NCBI RefSeq assembly: GCF_018350175.1
Contig: NC_058373.1
Coordinates: 114,640,001 to 114,704,000, forward strand
Length of the DNA stretch: 64,000 bases
Source: Felis catus
Taxonomy: Eukaryota
Direction: 5' to 3'
This document shows positions 52,359 through 63,269 of this stretch, piece after piece. Position numbers and translations under genes: made by a program. Every line of letters starts with the position of its first letter. The first letter of the stretch is position 1. Below the pieces are notes generated by a model. The model was not told where the DNA came from, did not search any database, and worked only from the letters and a program-made list of their open reading frames with translations.

Positions 52359-52580
52359 GGGGCCCCTGGATGGCTCAGTCGGTTAAGAGTCCAACTTCAA
52401 CTCAAGTCATGATCTCACAGTTCGTGAGTTCGAGCCCCGCGTCGGGCTATGTGCTGACAGCTCAGAGCCTAGAGCCTGCTTCAGATTCTGTGTCTCCCTC
52501 TCTCTCTGACTCCCTCCCCCACTCATGCTCTGTCTCTCTCTCAAAAATAAATGAACACCAAAAAATTTTTTTAAAATAAA
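52359..52580 (+). mobile_element. Can-SINE in intron 3, antisense to DCAF5
   Basis: Full head, CT tract and tail. Confidence 0.92.
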
Positions 52581-53231
52581 AGTTCTATTAGAAAAACTTT
52601 TTATAGATTTCAAGGTAAGTTTGCTTTTTGCACTAAATACGCATATTTGAAGGTAACTCAAGAGATGAGTTGAGTGTTTTCACTTACTGCAGAATGCATC
52701 TGCTTCTGTACAGATTTGGAGGTGGTGCTTGATTTCCAAAAACAAGGGAAAACTTTAAAGCAGCCAGGTCTGATGTCAGCAGGGGTAGAAGAGGGTTGAT
52801 GTGGCAGTCTGGTATGGTAAGCATGAGCATGGCTCTGGGGCCAAGCTGTCTAAGTTCAGATCCTAGCACCACCACCTGACCTTATGTTATCTAACATCCC
52901 TACACCTCAGTTTCCTCATCTGCAATGAGACCATAATAGTATTGCTTCATAAAATTATTTTGAGGGTTAAACTGATTAATACATACAAAGCACCTAGAAT
53001 AGTACCTAGCACATAAAGATTAGTCATTATTATGTTGTTGTTTCCTTCTCTTCCAATCTCTCCCTTTAAATTTTCACCTAAAAAGTATAAGTTCATTCCA
53101 AATTTATAAACCCTTTTCTTTTTTTAAAATCCAAATTGTTTTTCAAAAAACAACATTGGTGTAAAGAGAATTTGCCTCTCTTCATATGAGAAACAGAGCC
53201 AGTCACCTTCACATACCAACAATCTATTTAC

Positions 53232-53268
53232 CTTTCAACATCATGGAGGATAACTTGCTCATCATTTC
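53232..53268 (-). CDS. DCAF5: DCAF5 coding exon (probable exon 3, 37 nt): (G)NDEQVILHDVE(S)
   Basis: Acceptor tctcccttaCAG|GA, donor AAG|GTAAAT. Joins the flanking exons in frame. Too short to appear in the ORF track. Confidence 0.95.
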
Positions 53269-53445
53269 CTGTAAGGGAGAAAAGCAGACATTTGAAAATT
53301 CCTGCAAAGTGCTCCCTGTCCATATTACAACATAAAATTTTAAAGTTTTCAGAAAACATATGAACAAAGTCAATATTAATACAAAGCAGGAATATTAATT
53401 ATGAAAAAAAGCTTTATAAGACTAATTTCAGAAGGATAGGATATT

Positions 53446-53731
53446 CTTTTTTTTTCTTTGAGAGAGAGAAGAGAGAGAGCATGCATGCAAGCAAGAGGGG
53501 TGGGTGGGGGGAGAGAGGCGGAGAGAGGGGGAGGGAGGGGGAGGGAGGGGGAGAGAGGGAGAGAGGGAGAGAGAGGGGGAGGGAGGGGGAGGGAGGGGGG
53601 AGAGAGGGAGAGAGAGGGAGAGAGAGGGAGAGAGGGAGAGAGAGGGAGAGAGAGGGAGAGAGAGGGAGAGAGAGGGAGAGAGAGGGAGAGAGAGGGAGAG
53701 AGAGGGAGAGAGAGGGAGAGAGAGAGAGAGA

Positions 53732-53769
<38 letters not shown>

Positions 53770-53880
53770 CTTAAGTAGACTCCACGCTGGACACAGGGCT
53801 CAATCTCATGACCAAGAAATCATGACCTGAGCCAAAATCAAGAGTCAGACGCTTAACCAACTGAGCCACCCAGGTGCCCC
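53446..53880 (-). mobile_element. Can-SINE whose GA tract has expanded into a ~250-bp purine minisatellite
   Basis: SINE 5' part at 53765-53880, T tail at ~53446-53459; TSD-like G(G/A)ATATTCTT. Confidence 0.88.
53520..53768 (+). repeat. Purine-only tract including ~12 copies of AGAGGGAGAG plus GGGA/GA repeats
   Basis: Seen directly. Confidence 0.95.
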
Positions 53881-54527
53881 ATGGCTAGAATATTCTTATA
53901 AAGAATTTTTGAAAGCCTTGTAGCAACTAGGTATAACATAATGAGTTTCCAAAATGAATTATTCAATTGAAAATATATATTTATATATATCCCAACAACA
54001 AAACTGTGGCCATTAAGAAAATGAATAAATGATCATGGGTAAATTAATTCATTCATCCAATCTAGTTTTTTTTTTTTAATTAAGCAAAATACTCAACCGT
54101 GAGACTTGGAATACAGATATTCTATGCCTCAGTTTTTACCTATAAGGATGATAATTGTACATACTTCATAGGGTTCATGCAATGATAAGAGATTTGTAAA
54201 ACCATTCAGAATAGGGCTGAGCACTTAGTAAGCCCCCAATAAATGTTTGCTACTATTCATATCCTTATCATTTTTATAGCCATTAAAATATGATGATTGT
54301 AGGGTTATAAATGATAGGAAAGTTTTTATCCACAACTTTTTTCTCTTGCATTTTTCTTTTATTCCATCAAGGAATCTAAAAATACTACATTCACAATTAT
54401 GTGTAGTCCTGTAGTTTATATAACCAAATATAAAAACCTTATGAAAAGACAAAAGTAAAAAAATTCCCACTCCACGCTGAAAGCACAGCCAACAGGCACT
54501 TAAACAGAAAGTAAAAGTAGCGGTAGA

Positions 54528-54754
54528 GGGGCGCCTGGGTGGCGCAGTCGGTTAAGCGTCCGACTTCAGCCAGGTCACGATCTCGCGCTCCGTGAGTTCG
54601 AGCCCCGCGTCAGGCTCTGGGCTGATGGCTCGGAGCCTGGAGCCTGTTTCCGATTCTGTGTCTCCCTCTCTCTCTGCCCCTCCCCCGTTCATGCTCTGTC
54701 TCTCTCTGTCCCAAAAATAAATAAAAAACCGTTGAAAAAAAAATTAAAAAAAAA
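54528..54754 (+). mobile_element. Young felid SINE (SINEC_Fc-type), TSD AAAAGTAGCGGTAGA
   Basis: TSD at 54513-54527 and 54755-54769. Confidence 0.95.
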
Positions 54755-54849
54755 AAAAGTAGCGGTAGAGATGTGGCCCAGGTCATCTTAAAGCCCTGGC
54801 TACAAACTCTGTTGTGGGTGCATACTGAGTAAATCAAAACCATACTAAT

Positions 54850-56100
54850 GCCTTTTTTTAGGTAATAGGAATAGCTGAGGGGATAGGGATACGGGAAGAG
54901 CAGATTCTGCCTGACCCTTGAGGAACTCCCAGTCCAGCTACACAAACAGTGACAAAATGGGTTATCTTGTTGTAGTGATATGTTCTACAATGGGGACACA
55001 GACACAGGAGCAATTATTTCCTTCAGGAGCAGGTTGACAGTACATGGCAGAAGACGTCAATGTTTTTATAGGGAAGGAGACATTTGAACAGAAACTCTAA
55101 TAACCCAAAACTATTACCAATGGAAGACTCAGGGGAACTGGGGGGACCGGACAATTAATCATGACCCGTGACAGAACAGCAAGAGCAAACAACACAAGGG
55201 CACCAAAGATGGCAAGTGGTGTAGTGGGCTAGAGTACATAATGTGGGGGAGGGAAGTGAGGCTAGAGAGGTAGACTGAAGTTTAGACTTTATCCTGTGGA
55301 CACTGTAGGGTCAGAGGTTCACATGGTTAAACTTTATTTTTAAAAGAAAACTTGTATAAGTGACAAATTAGGAGGGCTAGAGACGTTGCAGAAATCACAA
55401 AGGCCACTGCAATAGTCCGGGTCAAAGATGAGGGCCTGAACCAGTGCAGTGGGTAAGGAAAGAGAGCAGAAACTAAAAGGATGAATATGAGAAGCTTCTA
55501 AGTCTGGTTGGTGAGTCACAAGATAGGTAAATGAAAGAAAGGAAGGTTTGAGGATGACTTCAAGATTTCTATTAGACTGAACCTGGTGAAACTGTCATTT
55601 TTTTGTAAGTTAGAAGTGCTTGATATCAGGGGCACTTGGGTGGCTCAGCTGGTGAAGTACCTGACTCTTGATTTCAGCTCAGGCCATAATCTCAAAGGTT
55701 TGTGAGTTTGAACCCTGCATCTGGCTCTGTGCTGACAGTATGGAGCCTGCTTGAAATTCTCTCCCCCTCTGTCTGCCCCTCCTCCCCACAAATAAATAAA
55801 AATAAAAAACCTTTTAAGAAAGTGCTTCAATATAAAGTTTAAACCTAATAGCTTGAATCATTAGGTGAACACTGATAATAACTGAGAAAGGGAATCCAGG
55901 GAACAAGAGGAAGTATTTGTGCAGGAGAAGAAGACTAATAATCTTGGTTTTAGATTTGCTGTACTTAAATTGCTTTTAGAACACATAGGTAGATATTCCA
56001 TGCGAAAATCTGCAGTGCAAAAGGGAGGTCAGGGTTAGAAATGCGGTGCTCAGAAAGGAGTGTGGTTGATGAAAGGCATCACCAAGAGGCTGGCTTGAGC
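54850..56100 (-). mobile_element. Degraded L2 fragment containing a Can-SINE (~55628-55810, plus); other antisense L2 pieces at ~37350-37620 and ~42180-42900
   Basis: 'cctgacccttgaggaactcccagtc', 'ttagactttatcctg', 'gcaatagtccgggtcaaagatga' and 'ggatgacttcaagatttct'. Confidence 0.6.
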
Positions 56101-56127
56101 ACAGGCCATTCCAATTGTACCCTAACA

Positions 56128-56490
56128 CAATGTTTTTCAAACAGGAGCCACCCATGGATCACAACATCAATTTGAGTTACAACCTTTAAGATCTTTAAAA
56201 ACGAGGGGTGCCTGGGTGGCCCAGTCAGCTAAGCTTTTGGCTCTAGATTTCGGTTCAGGTCATGATCTCACAGCTGTGGGTTCAAGCCCCGTGTCAGGCT
56301 CCAGGCTGACAGTGAGGAGCCTGCTTGGGATCCTCTCTCTCTCCCAAAATAAACATTTAAAAAATATCTTTAAAAATGAAATAGAATTTTTAAAAAATCA
56401 GAATGTACCACACATAATAAGGTTAAGTACTATTTTAAATGTGTGCATGTTTCTGTATGCCACATCGCAATGTAAAAAATTTTCTATTAA
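56128..56490 (+). mobile_element. hAT-Charlie-like MITE interrupted by a Can-SINE (~56205-56365; TSD ATCTTTAAAAA(C/T)GA)
   Basis: 'caatgtttttcaaac' terminus; 'aaaaatgaaatagaat..cagaatgtaccacacataataaggttaagta'. Confidence 0.55.
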
Positions 56491-56723
56491 AAAAGACAAA
56501 GAATGAGAGTAAAGGATCAAAAGAACAGAAGAAAGGAGGGAAGGAAGGAGGAATTACTCTCACATACATGTCTAAACTGCTGTAATACAGAGAAGACAAG
56601 CTATGGGAAACCATTTCTATAGCTCAGTGAAATAAAGGAAGAAAAACAAGGCTACTTTTTGGACTCTTTCATCTAAAATCTCAGCCACAGTGAATTTCCT
56701 AGGGTGGAAGTCTCCCTTCTCAC

Positions 56724-56867
56724 CTCCAGAGAACACTTTGGTGTTCCCACTGTTGAAAGCCAGGCAAAAAATGTTGGAATGGTGCTCTCCTTTCAGCTGT
56801 ATGGGCTTGACTCTCGAGTGGATAGCTTGTTCCATGTGCCATAGCAGAACCCGACGGTCATCTCCTC
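56724..56867 (-). CDS. DCAF5: DCAF5 coding exon (probable exon 2, 144 nt): (G)GDDRRVLLWHMEQAIHSRVKPIQLKGEHHSNIFCLAFNSGNTKVFSG(G)
   Basis: Translation matches the DCAF5/WDR22 N-terminal WD40 region as I recall it. Acceptor ttcccctctcAAG|GA, donor GAG|GTGAGA; phase 1 to phase 1. Confidence 0.96.
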
Positions 56868-58144
56868 CTTGAGAGGGGAATAAGAATCTAGGGTTAAAAT
56901 GGCTGACACTTCAAGGCTGACACTCAGTTTTGCCAGCCTTGAACTCTATCCCTTCCAAAACTGCAACTCCCCGACTCTGTGAGATTCTGATGGGGCACAT
57001 AAACCCAGGACTCTACCGCCTTAACCATCGGGAGATACATGGTCTGTAAGCCACTCACTTTTCCCCAGGAATTAAATCTTGAACAGACATATGGAAAGGG
57101 ATAAACACTGATATTGAAACCCTCAAAGGCACTCTATTCCTGACTTTCCAGAGACTCAGTTGTTTAAATATATTTTTGCTTGCTACCTAAAATCCTTCTA
57201 CTAATGTTCCCGCAACCTTTTCTTATCTAACAGAAGGTGAGCTGGTTTCTAATGCTTGCAACCAAGGAACTCCATGGTAATAGTTCTAGCATACTAGTTT
57301 TCAAAGCACTCTCCTTGATGTGATTTCATTGAATATAGGACAGCATACAAATGATAACTAAGGAATTGACTGTCACAGCAGGATCTAGACAGAGCCTAGC
57401 TCTCATGAAACCCAGGTTCAGCTCTTTTCCTTTGCATAACTTACAACAGTCTGAATTAAATGAGCAGTATTGTACTGCATGAGCCAGCTCCTAGAGAATA
57501 ATTATGTTCTATGTATTTTTTATTTTTGCAGATGCATTAAAAATGTCTGGAAGGATAAATAACTGTTACGTGTTAACAATGGTTAACAGTGGTTATTATT
57601 TCCAGGAAATAGGATTAAAATAAAAAGAACAGACTGGAGGGTTCTTACTTTTATTTATTTGGCACCCCCTCACTTTTTATAACAAGCCTATATTAGTCTC
57701 CTGATAAAAATTAAGTTACAACAGGGGCAAACATGAGCAGCAAACCACAGCAATCTCTATTCCTCTTCTTCCCCTTCTCCATTCAATACAACAGCCACAA
57801 ATTATAGCACACCCATACGAGGGCATACCATGCAGCCATGAAATCAGTAAATCTAGAACTTGGAAAGATGTCCAAAGGTCTTTGTGCAGGGGGAAAATAA
57901 GGTGTAAAACAGTATGTGTACCAAAATGCATTCTGTGTAAAACAAAAATTTTAAAAACTCCAGGACTGCAGGATCCTTGTCAATTTATTTACTGCGGAGT
58001 CTCCAAGCACCTAAATGAGTGCCCCCAAAGAGCAGAACTAATATGCTCATACTTGCATATCTATGTTTGTATTTGCCTATCTATATATCTATACAAGAAA
58101 CTGTTTATACTGGACACCATCTCCAGACTAGAGTTGGGAGACGT

Positions 58145-59990
58145 TTTTACTGTGGTAAAATACATAAAACATGAAATCTACCATTCTAACCATTGTTAAG
58201 TATACAATTCTATATACTTACACCGTATACTTGCACATTCTTTGTATTTGCACTGTTGTGCAACCATCACCACTATCCATCCCCAGAATCTTTACATCAT
58301 CCCAAACTGAAACTCTGTACCTAATAAACAATAACTTTCCCCGCCCTCAGTAACTACCATTCTACTTTCTGGCTCTGTGAATTAACTGTTCTAGCTAACT
58401 CATGTAAGTGGAACCATACAATAGTTGTCTTTCTGTGTCTGTCTTGCTCACTTTGCATAGTATCTTCAAAGTTCATCCATACTGTAGCATGTACCAGAAT
58501 TCCATTCTTTTTTAAGGCTAATATTCTGTTATACACATATACACACACCATATTGTGTTTATCCATTCATCCACTGATGGACATTTGGGTTGTTTTCACC
58601 TGTTGGCTATTGTGAATAATGTTGCTAAGAACATGGATGTGCAAATATCTGTTCAAGTCTCTGTTTTTAATTCTTTTGGGTTTATATTATTGGGAACCTT
58701 TTATATTTTATTTTTTATTTCAAGCTTTTTATTTAAATTTTAGTTAACATGGGGGCGCCTGGGTGGCTCAGTCTGTTAAGCATCCGACTTCAGCTCAGGT
58801 CATGATCTCACAGTTCGTGAGTTCAAGCCCCACGTCGGGCTCTGTGCTGACAGCTCAGAGCCTAGAGCCTGCTTCCGATTCTGTGTCTCCCTCTCTCTCT
58901 GACCCTCCCCTGCTCATGCTCTGTCTCTCTCTGTCTCAAAAATAAATAAAAAACATTAAAAAAAAAAGAAAATTGTTACAAAAAAAATTAAAAAAATAAA
59001 TTTTAGTTAACATGTGTGGTAAAATTGGTTTCAAGTGTAGAATTTCGTGATTCATCACTTACATACAACACTCAGTGCTCATCACAATAAGGGCACTCCT
59101 TAATATGGATCACCCATTTAGCCCATCCCTCACCCTTCTCCCTCCATCAACCAACCCTCAGTTTGTTCTCTACAGTTAAGAGTCTCTGATAGTTTTCTTC
59201 CCTCTTTTTCCCCCCTTCCCCTATGTTCATCTGTTTCGTTTCTTAAATTCCACATATGAGTGAAATCATATGGTATTTGTCTTTCTCTGACTGACTTATT
59301 TCGCTTAGCATAATACACTCTAGCTCCATACATCTTGTTGCAAATGTAATATTTCATTCTTTTTGATGGCTGAGTAAATATCCCACTGTATATAAATATA
59401 TACACATCTTTATCCATTCATCAGTCAATGAATTTGGGCTGTTTCCATAATATGGCTATTGTTGATAATTCTGCTCTAAACATTGGGGTGCACGTGACCA
59501 TTTCAATCAGTGTTTCTGTATCCTTTGGGTAAATACCTAGTAGTGCACTTGCTGGAACATAGGATAGTTCTATTTTTAACTTTTTGAGGACCTTCTATAC
59601 TGTTTTCCGGAGTGGCTGCACAAGTTTGCATTTCTACCAACAGTGCATGAGAGTTCCTTTTTCTCCACACCATCGCCAACACCTGTTGCTTCCTGTGTTG
59701 TTAATTTTGCCCATTCCGACTTGTGTGAGGTGGTATCTAATCATGGTTTTGATTTGTATTTCCCTGATGAAAGTGATGTTAAGCATCTTTTCATGTGTCT
59801 GTTAGCCATCTAGATGTCTTCTTTGGAAAAATATCTGTTCATGTTTTCTGCCCATTTCTTAACTGGATTATTTAGTTGTTGGGTGTTGAGTTTGATAAGT
59901 TCTTTATAGATTTAGGATACTAACCTCTTGTCAAATATGTCATCTGCAAATATCTTCTCCCACACAGACTGTCTTTTAGTTTTGTTGACT
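58145..59990 (-). mobile_element. L1 complex: older L1 3' end (~58145-58690), carnivore L1 (~58715-59990) and a Can-SINE (58752-58997, plus) in its tail with 17-bp TSD AAATTTTAGTTAACATG
   Basis: L1 ORF2 C-terminal and 3'UTR motifs (ORFs 58354..58566 and 59130..59417); TSD seen directly. Confidence 0.88.
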
Positions 59991-60337
59991 CGAGAAATTT
60001 TATATCTTATATTTTAATTCTTACTTTACACCTTCCTGTAGTACTTGACCTTTTGCCAGAAACATGTTTCCTTTTATAATGTAATTTTAAAAATCAATAG
60101 AAGATACAGTAGCCAAGTCAAATTTATTCTCCCTCCCCTAGAAAGAAGTTGCCTCTGCTGCTGGAGTTCCTTCTTTCTTTCATTGTTGGTCAAAATCAAG
60201 TTCTGTGTCATCCTCCAAAGTGTTTCATTGTCTACCAAACTGATCCCTTAAGTGTGGCCTTGTGTTCTGTGTTTATGATTTGCCTATTTCAACTATGAAT
60301 CTCTGGCCTGGGATGGTTATCTAAATTCTATATCTTA

Positions 60338-60435
60338 GGATGGATGGATGGCTCAGTCAGTGGAGCATGGGACTCTTGATCTTAGGATTGTGAATTCAAG
60401 CCCCACTTTGGGTGTAGAGATGATTTAAAATCTTT
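60338..60435 (+). mobile_element. Short tRNA-Lys-like Can-SINE
   Basis: 'tggctcagtcagtggagcatgggactcttgatcttaggattgtgaattcaagccccac'. Confidence 0.8.
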
Positions 60436-61149
60436 TTAAAAAATTCAAATCTCTTATAAGTTAAAGTCAAAAAAAATAAAGGTTTGGGTTTTTGTTGTTT
60501 TGTTTTAATGAATAGTAACACAAAGGAGTTTTTTACCCTAATAATAGATTCATACAGGCAGTGGGCACTTTAGTTCTCCATAGTTCCTACTCTTACTGTT
60601 TTTTCCCAACACTGAAGTCACAGGTCAGGGACCTATCATAGCTCTTGCTCCTGTGTATCCTGTGTTACAGAAATATTTCTCTGTGCCCATGTCTCTATCA
60701 AAAGTGGAAACTCAAAAGATAAAGAAGCCCACGTTTCTTCTACTTACTCACGTTTCTAATCTAATCTCCCTGAGCCTGAGTTTCATCAAAAAAAAACTGG
60801 GATCATAACAGCTCTGCCCTCGTGGGTTTTATAGATTATAAAGTCAAATACAAGAGGGTTAAGTAACTTACCAAGGTTGGACAGTAAGTAAAGTGGTTGA
60901 GCTGAGATTCAAAAGCAAGCAGTTAAGACTCTATAGCCTCCATTCTTAATCACTACTCTAGGTTGCCTGCCTTATAGAACAAAAAATTAACCATAAATGA
61001 CAAAGCAGTTCACCTAATGGACAACTGAAGGGATTCTCTACCTTGGTAACATAACTGAAAAATGTACAAGTTAGAATAAAACAGGGGAGCATAGGAATAA
61101 AAACAGAGGCCAACCAAACTATAGTAAACTGAGAGACCAGAAACAGGGA

Positions 61150-61905
61150 CCAGGACAAGACTCCCTGAATTGAAAGATTCTAGCAATACACAAAATGGAC
61201 AATGGCTTATACAAAGAATTCCTACAAATCAATTTTTAAAACCATTAGGAAAAGAGGCAAATATGATAACTCACAGAAGAGACAACCAAAATAGCCAAAA
61301 GATATTACAGAGGATCTCAACCTCTATAGTAATCAGGAAAATGCAAATTATAATTTAAATAAGTTCTTACAAAGTGACACAAGGAAATGTACAAGGATGT
61401 ACACTGCATCACTGTTTACAATAGCAAACAACGAAATTCTAAATAATAAAAATATCCATCAATATATAAACTAATAAATTCCATTGGAATACAAATACAA
61501 ATTAAATCTAAACCAAGCAGAACAACATACAGCAGTTAAAATGAACTAGATATATGTGTACCAACATAAATCTTGAAAACCTAATGGCAAGTAATAAAGC
61601 AAGTTTCAGAAGGATATGTAAAAGATAACATTAAATATATATTTTTAACTATACAAAATAATACCATATAGTTTGTTGATAAACACACATATACTAAAGA
61701 GGACTTCAATTGTACCTGTAAAGTTTTGTTTCTTTAAAAAAAATAAAAACAGACTATAAGCAAATTTAACAAATTGTCAACATTTTGTCAAATCCAATTG
61801 GTATCTATTTAAAAAATTCTTTTAAGTTCTAGTATAATTAACATACAGTATTATATTGGTTTCAGGTGTACAATATAACTATTTAACAATTCTATACATT
61901 ACTCC
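61150..61905. mobile_element. Ancient L1 3' fragment (+) and a short carnivore L1 end (-, ~61820-61905); a similar ancient L1 lies at ~57520-58130
   Basis: 'agtaatcaggaaaatgcaaatt', 'tgtacaaggatgt..tgtttacaatagcaaa' and 'ggtttcaggtgtacaata'. Confidence 0.6.
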
Positions 61906-61964
61906 GTTCATTTCTCTACTTTTCTTTATGCTTTATGGTATCAAGGAAATATTGTTACATCTCT

Positions 61965-63269
61965 TTTTTAATTTTAAGTGGGGTCCATGCCCAACGTGGG
62001 GCTTGAACTCATAATCCTGCGATCAAGAGTCACACTATCAGCTGAGCCAGCCAGGTGCCCCAATATTGTTACATCTCTAAAGCATATCGGGGAACCTGGG
62101 TGGCTCAGTCGGTTGAGCATCAGACTTTGGCTCAGGTCATGATCTCACAGTTTGTGGGTTCGAGCCCTGAGTCGGGCTCTGTGCCGACAGCTTGCTCAGA
62201 GCCTGGAGATTGCTTCAGATTCTGTGTCTCCTTCTCTCTCTGCCCCTCCCCTGCTCACGTGCTGTGTCTGTCTCTCAAAAATAAATGTTAAAAAAAAAAT
62301 TTAAGTATAACAATGACACTGTGGTGCTGTTAAAAAACAAAAAAGTGCCTATCAGTTAGGGATGCATACATACTAAGGTAGGTGAAATAGTATGTCTGGA
62401 ATTTCCTTTAAAATATTACAGAAAAAAGGTGGGGGAGGGTGCCTGGTGGCTCAGTAGGTTGAGTTTGCAGCTCAGGTCATGATCTCACAGTTCAGGATCA
62501 AACCCCAGGTTGGGCTCTACACTGACAGTACAGAGTCTGCTTGGGATTCTCTCTCTCCCTCTCAAAATAAATAAACATTAAAAAAAAAAAAAAAAGTAAG
62601 GGAGATAGGTGATCTTTTTTTAAGATTTTATTTTTAAGTAATCTCTACACCCAACGTGAGACTCAAACTTACAACCCTGAGATCAAGAGTCGCATGCTCT
62701 ACTAACCGAGCCAGCCAAGCACCGCAGGATAGGCGATTAATAAAATGTTGGTAATTTTTTTCTTTTTTCTTTTTTTGAGAGAGAGAGAGCACGAGTGAGG
62801 TGCAGAAAGAGAGAGAGAGGGAAAGAGGGAGAGAAGAGGGACTCACCTGAAGCAGGGCTTGTGCTCACTGGAAGTGGGGCTTGAGCTCACCTGATGTGGG
62901 ACTCAAACTCATGAAACAGGACATCCTGACCTGAGCCAAAGTCAGACGCTTACCAACTGAGGCACCCAGGCACCCAATGTTGGTACTTATTATGGATGGG
63001 TATACTATACTTTTGTGAATGCTTGAACATTTCCATAAAATAAAACATTTTGGATTTTTAAAGTTTTTATTTTGTTTTGGTTTTAACGTTTATTTTTGAG
63101 AGAGAGGGAGAGCATGCACAGTACAAAGGCAGAGAAAAAGAGAATCCCAAGGAGGCTTCACACTGCCAGAGCAGAGCCTGATGTGGGACTTGAACTCATA
63201 CCGTGAGATCATGCCCTGAGCCGAAATCAAGAGTCAGACACTTAACTGCCTGAGCCACCCAGGTGCCCC
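61965..63269. mobile_element. Dense SINE cluster: 61965-62061(-, short; 17-bp TSD AATATTGTTACATCTCT), ~62088-62300(+), ~62437-62594(+), ~62612-62725(-, short), ~62755-62975(-), ~63065-63269(-)
   Basis: Heads, tails and TSDs visible. Confidence 0.88.

Noticed and set aside
53458..53830. Arg/Glu/Gly-rich ORFs in three frames, and similar ones at 40290-40582
   Set aside because: Translation of (GA)n-type repeats, which lack stop codons.
56690..56872. 60-aa plus-strand ORF, and likewise 51873..52076
   Set aside because: Antisense shadows of exons 2 and 4.
62630..62725. Possible tRNA-Lys gene
   Set aside because: Has a SINE-type 5' leader and A-rich tail, and mismatched stems; treated as a SINE.
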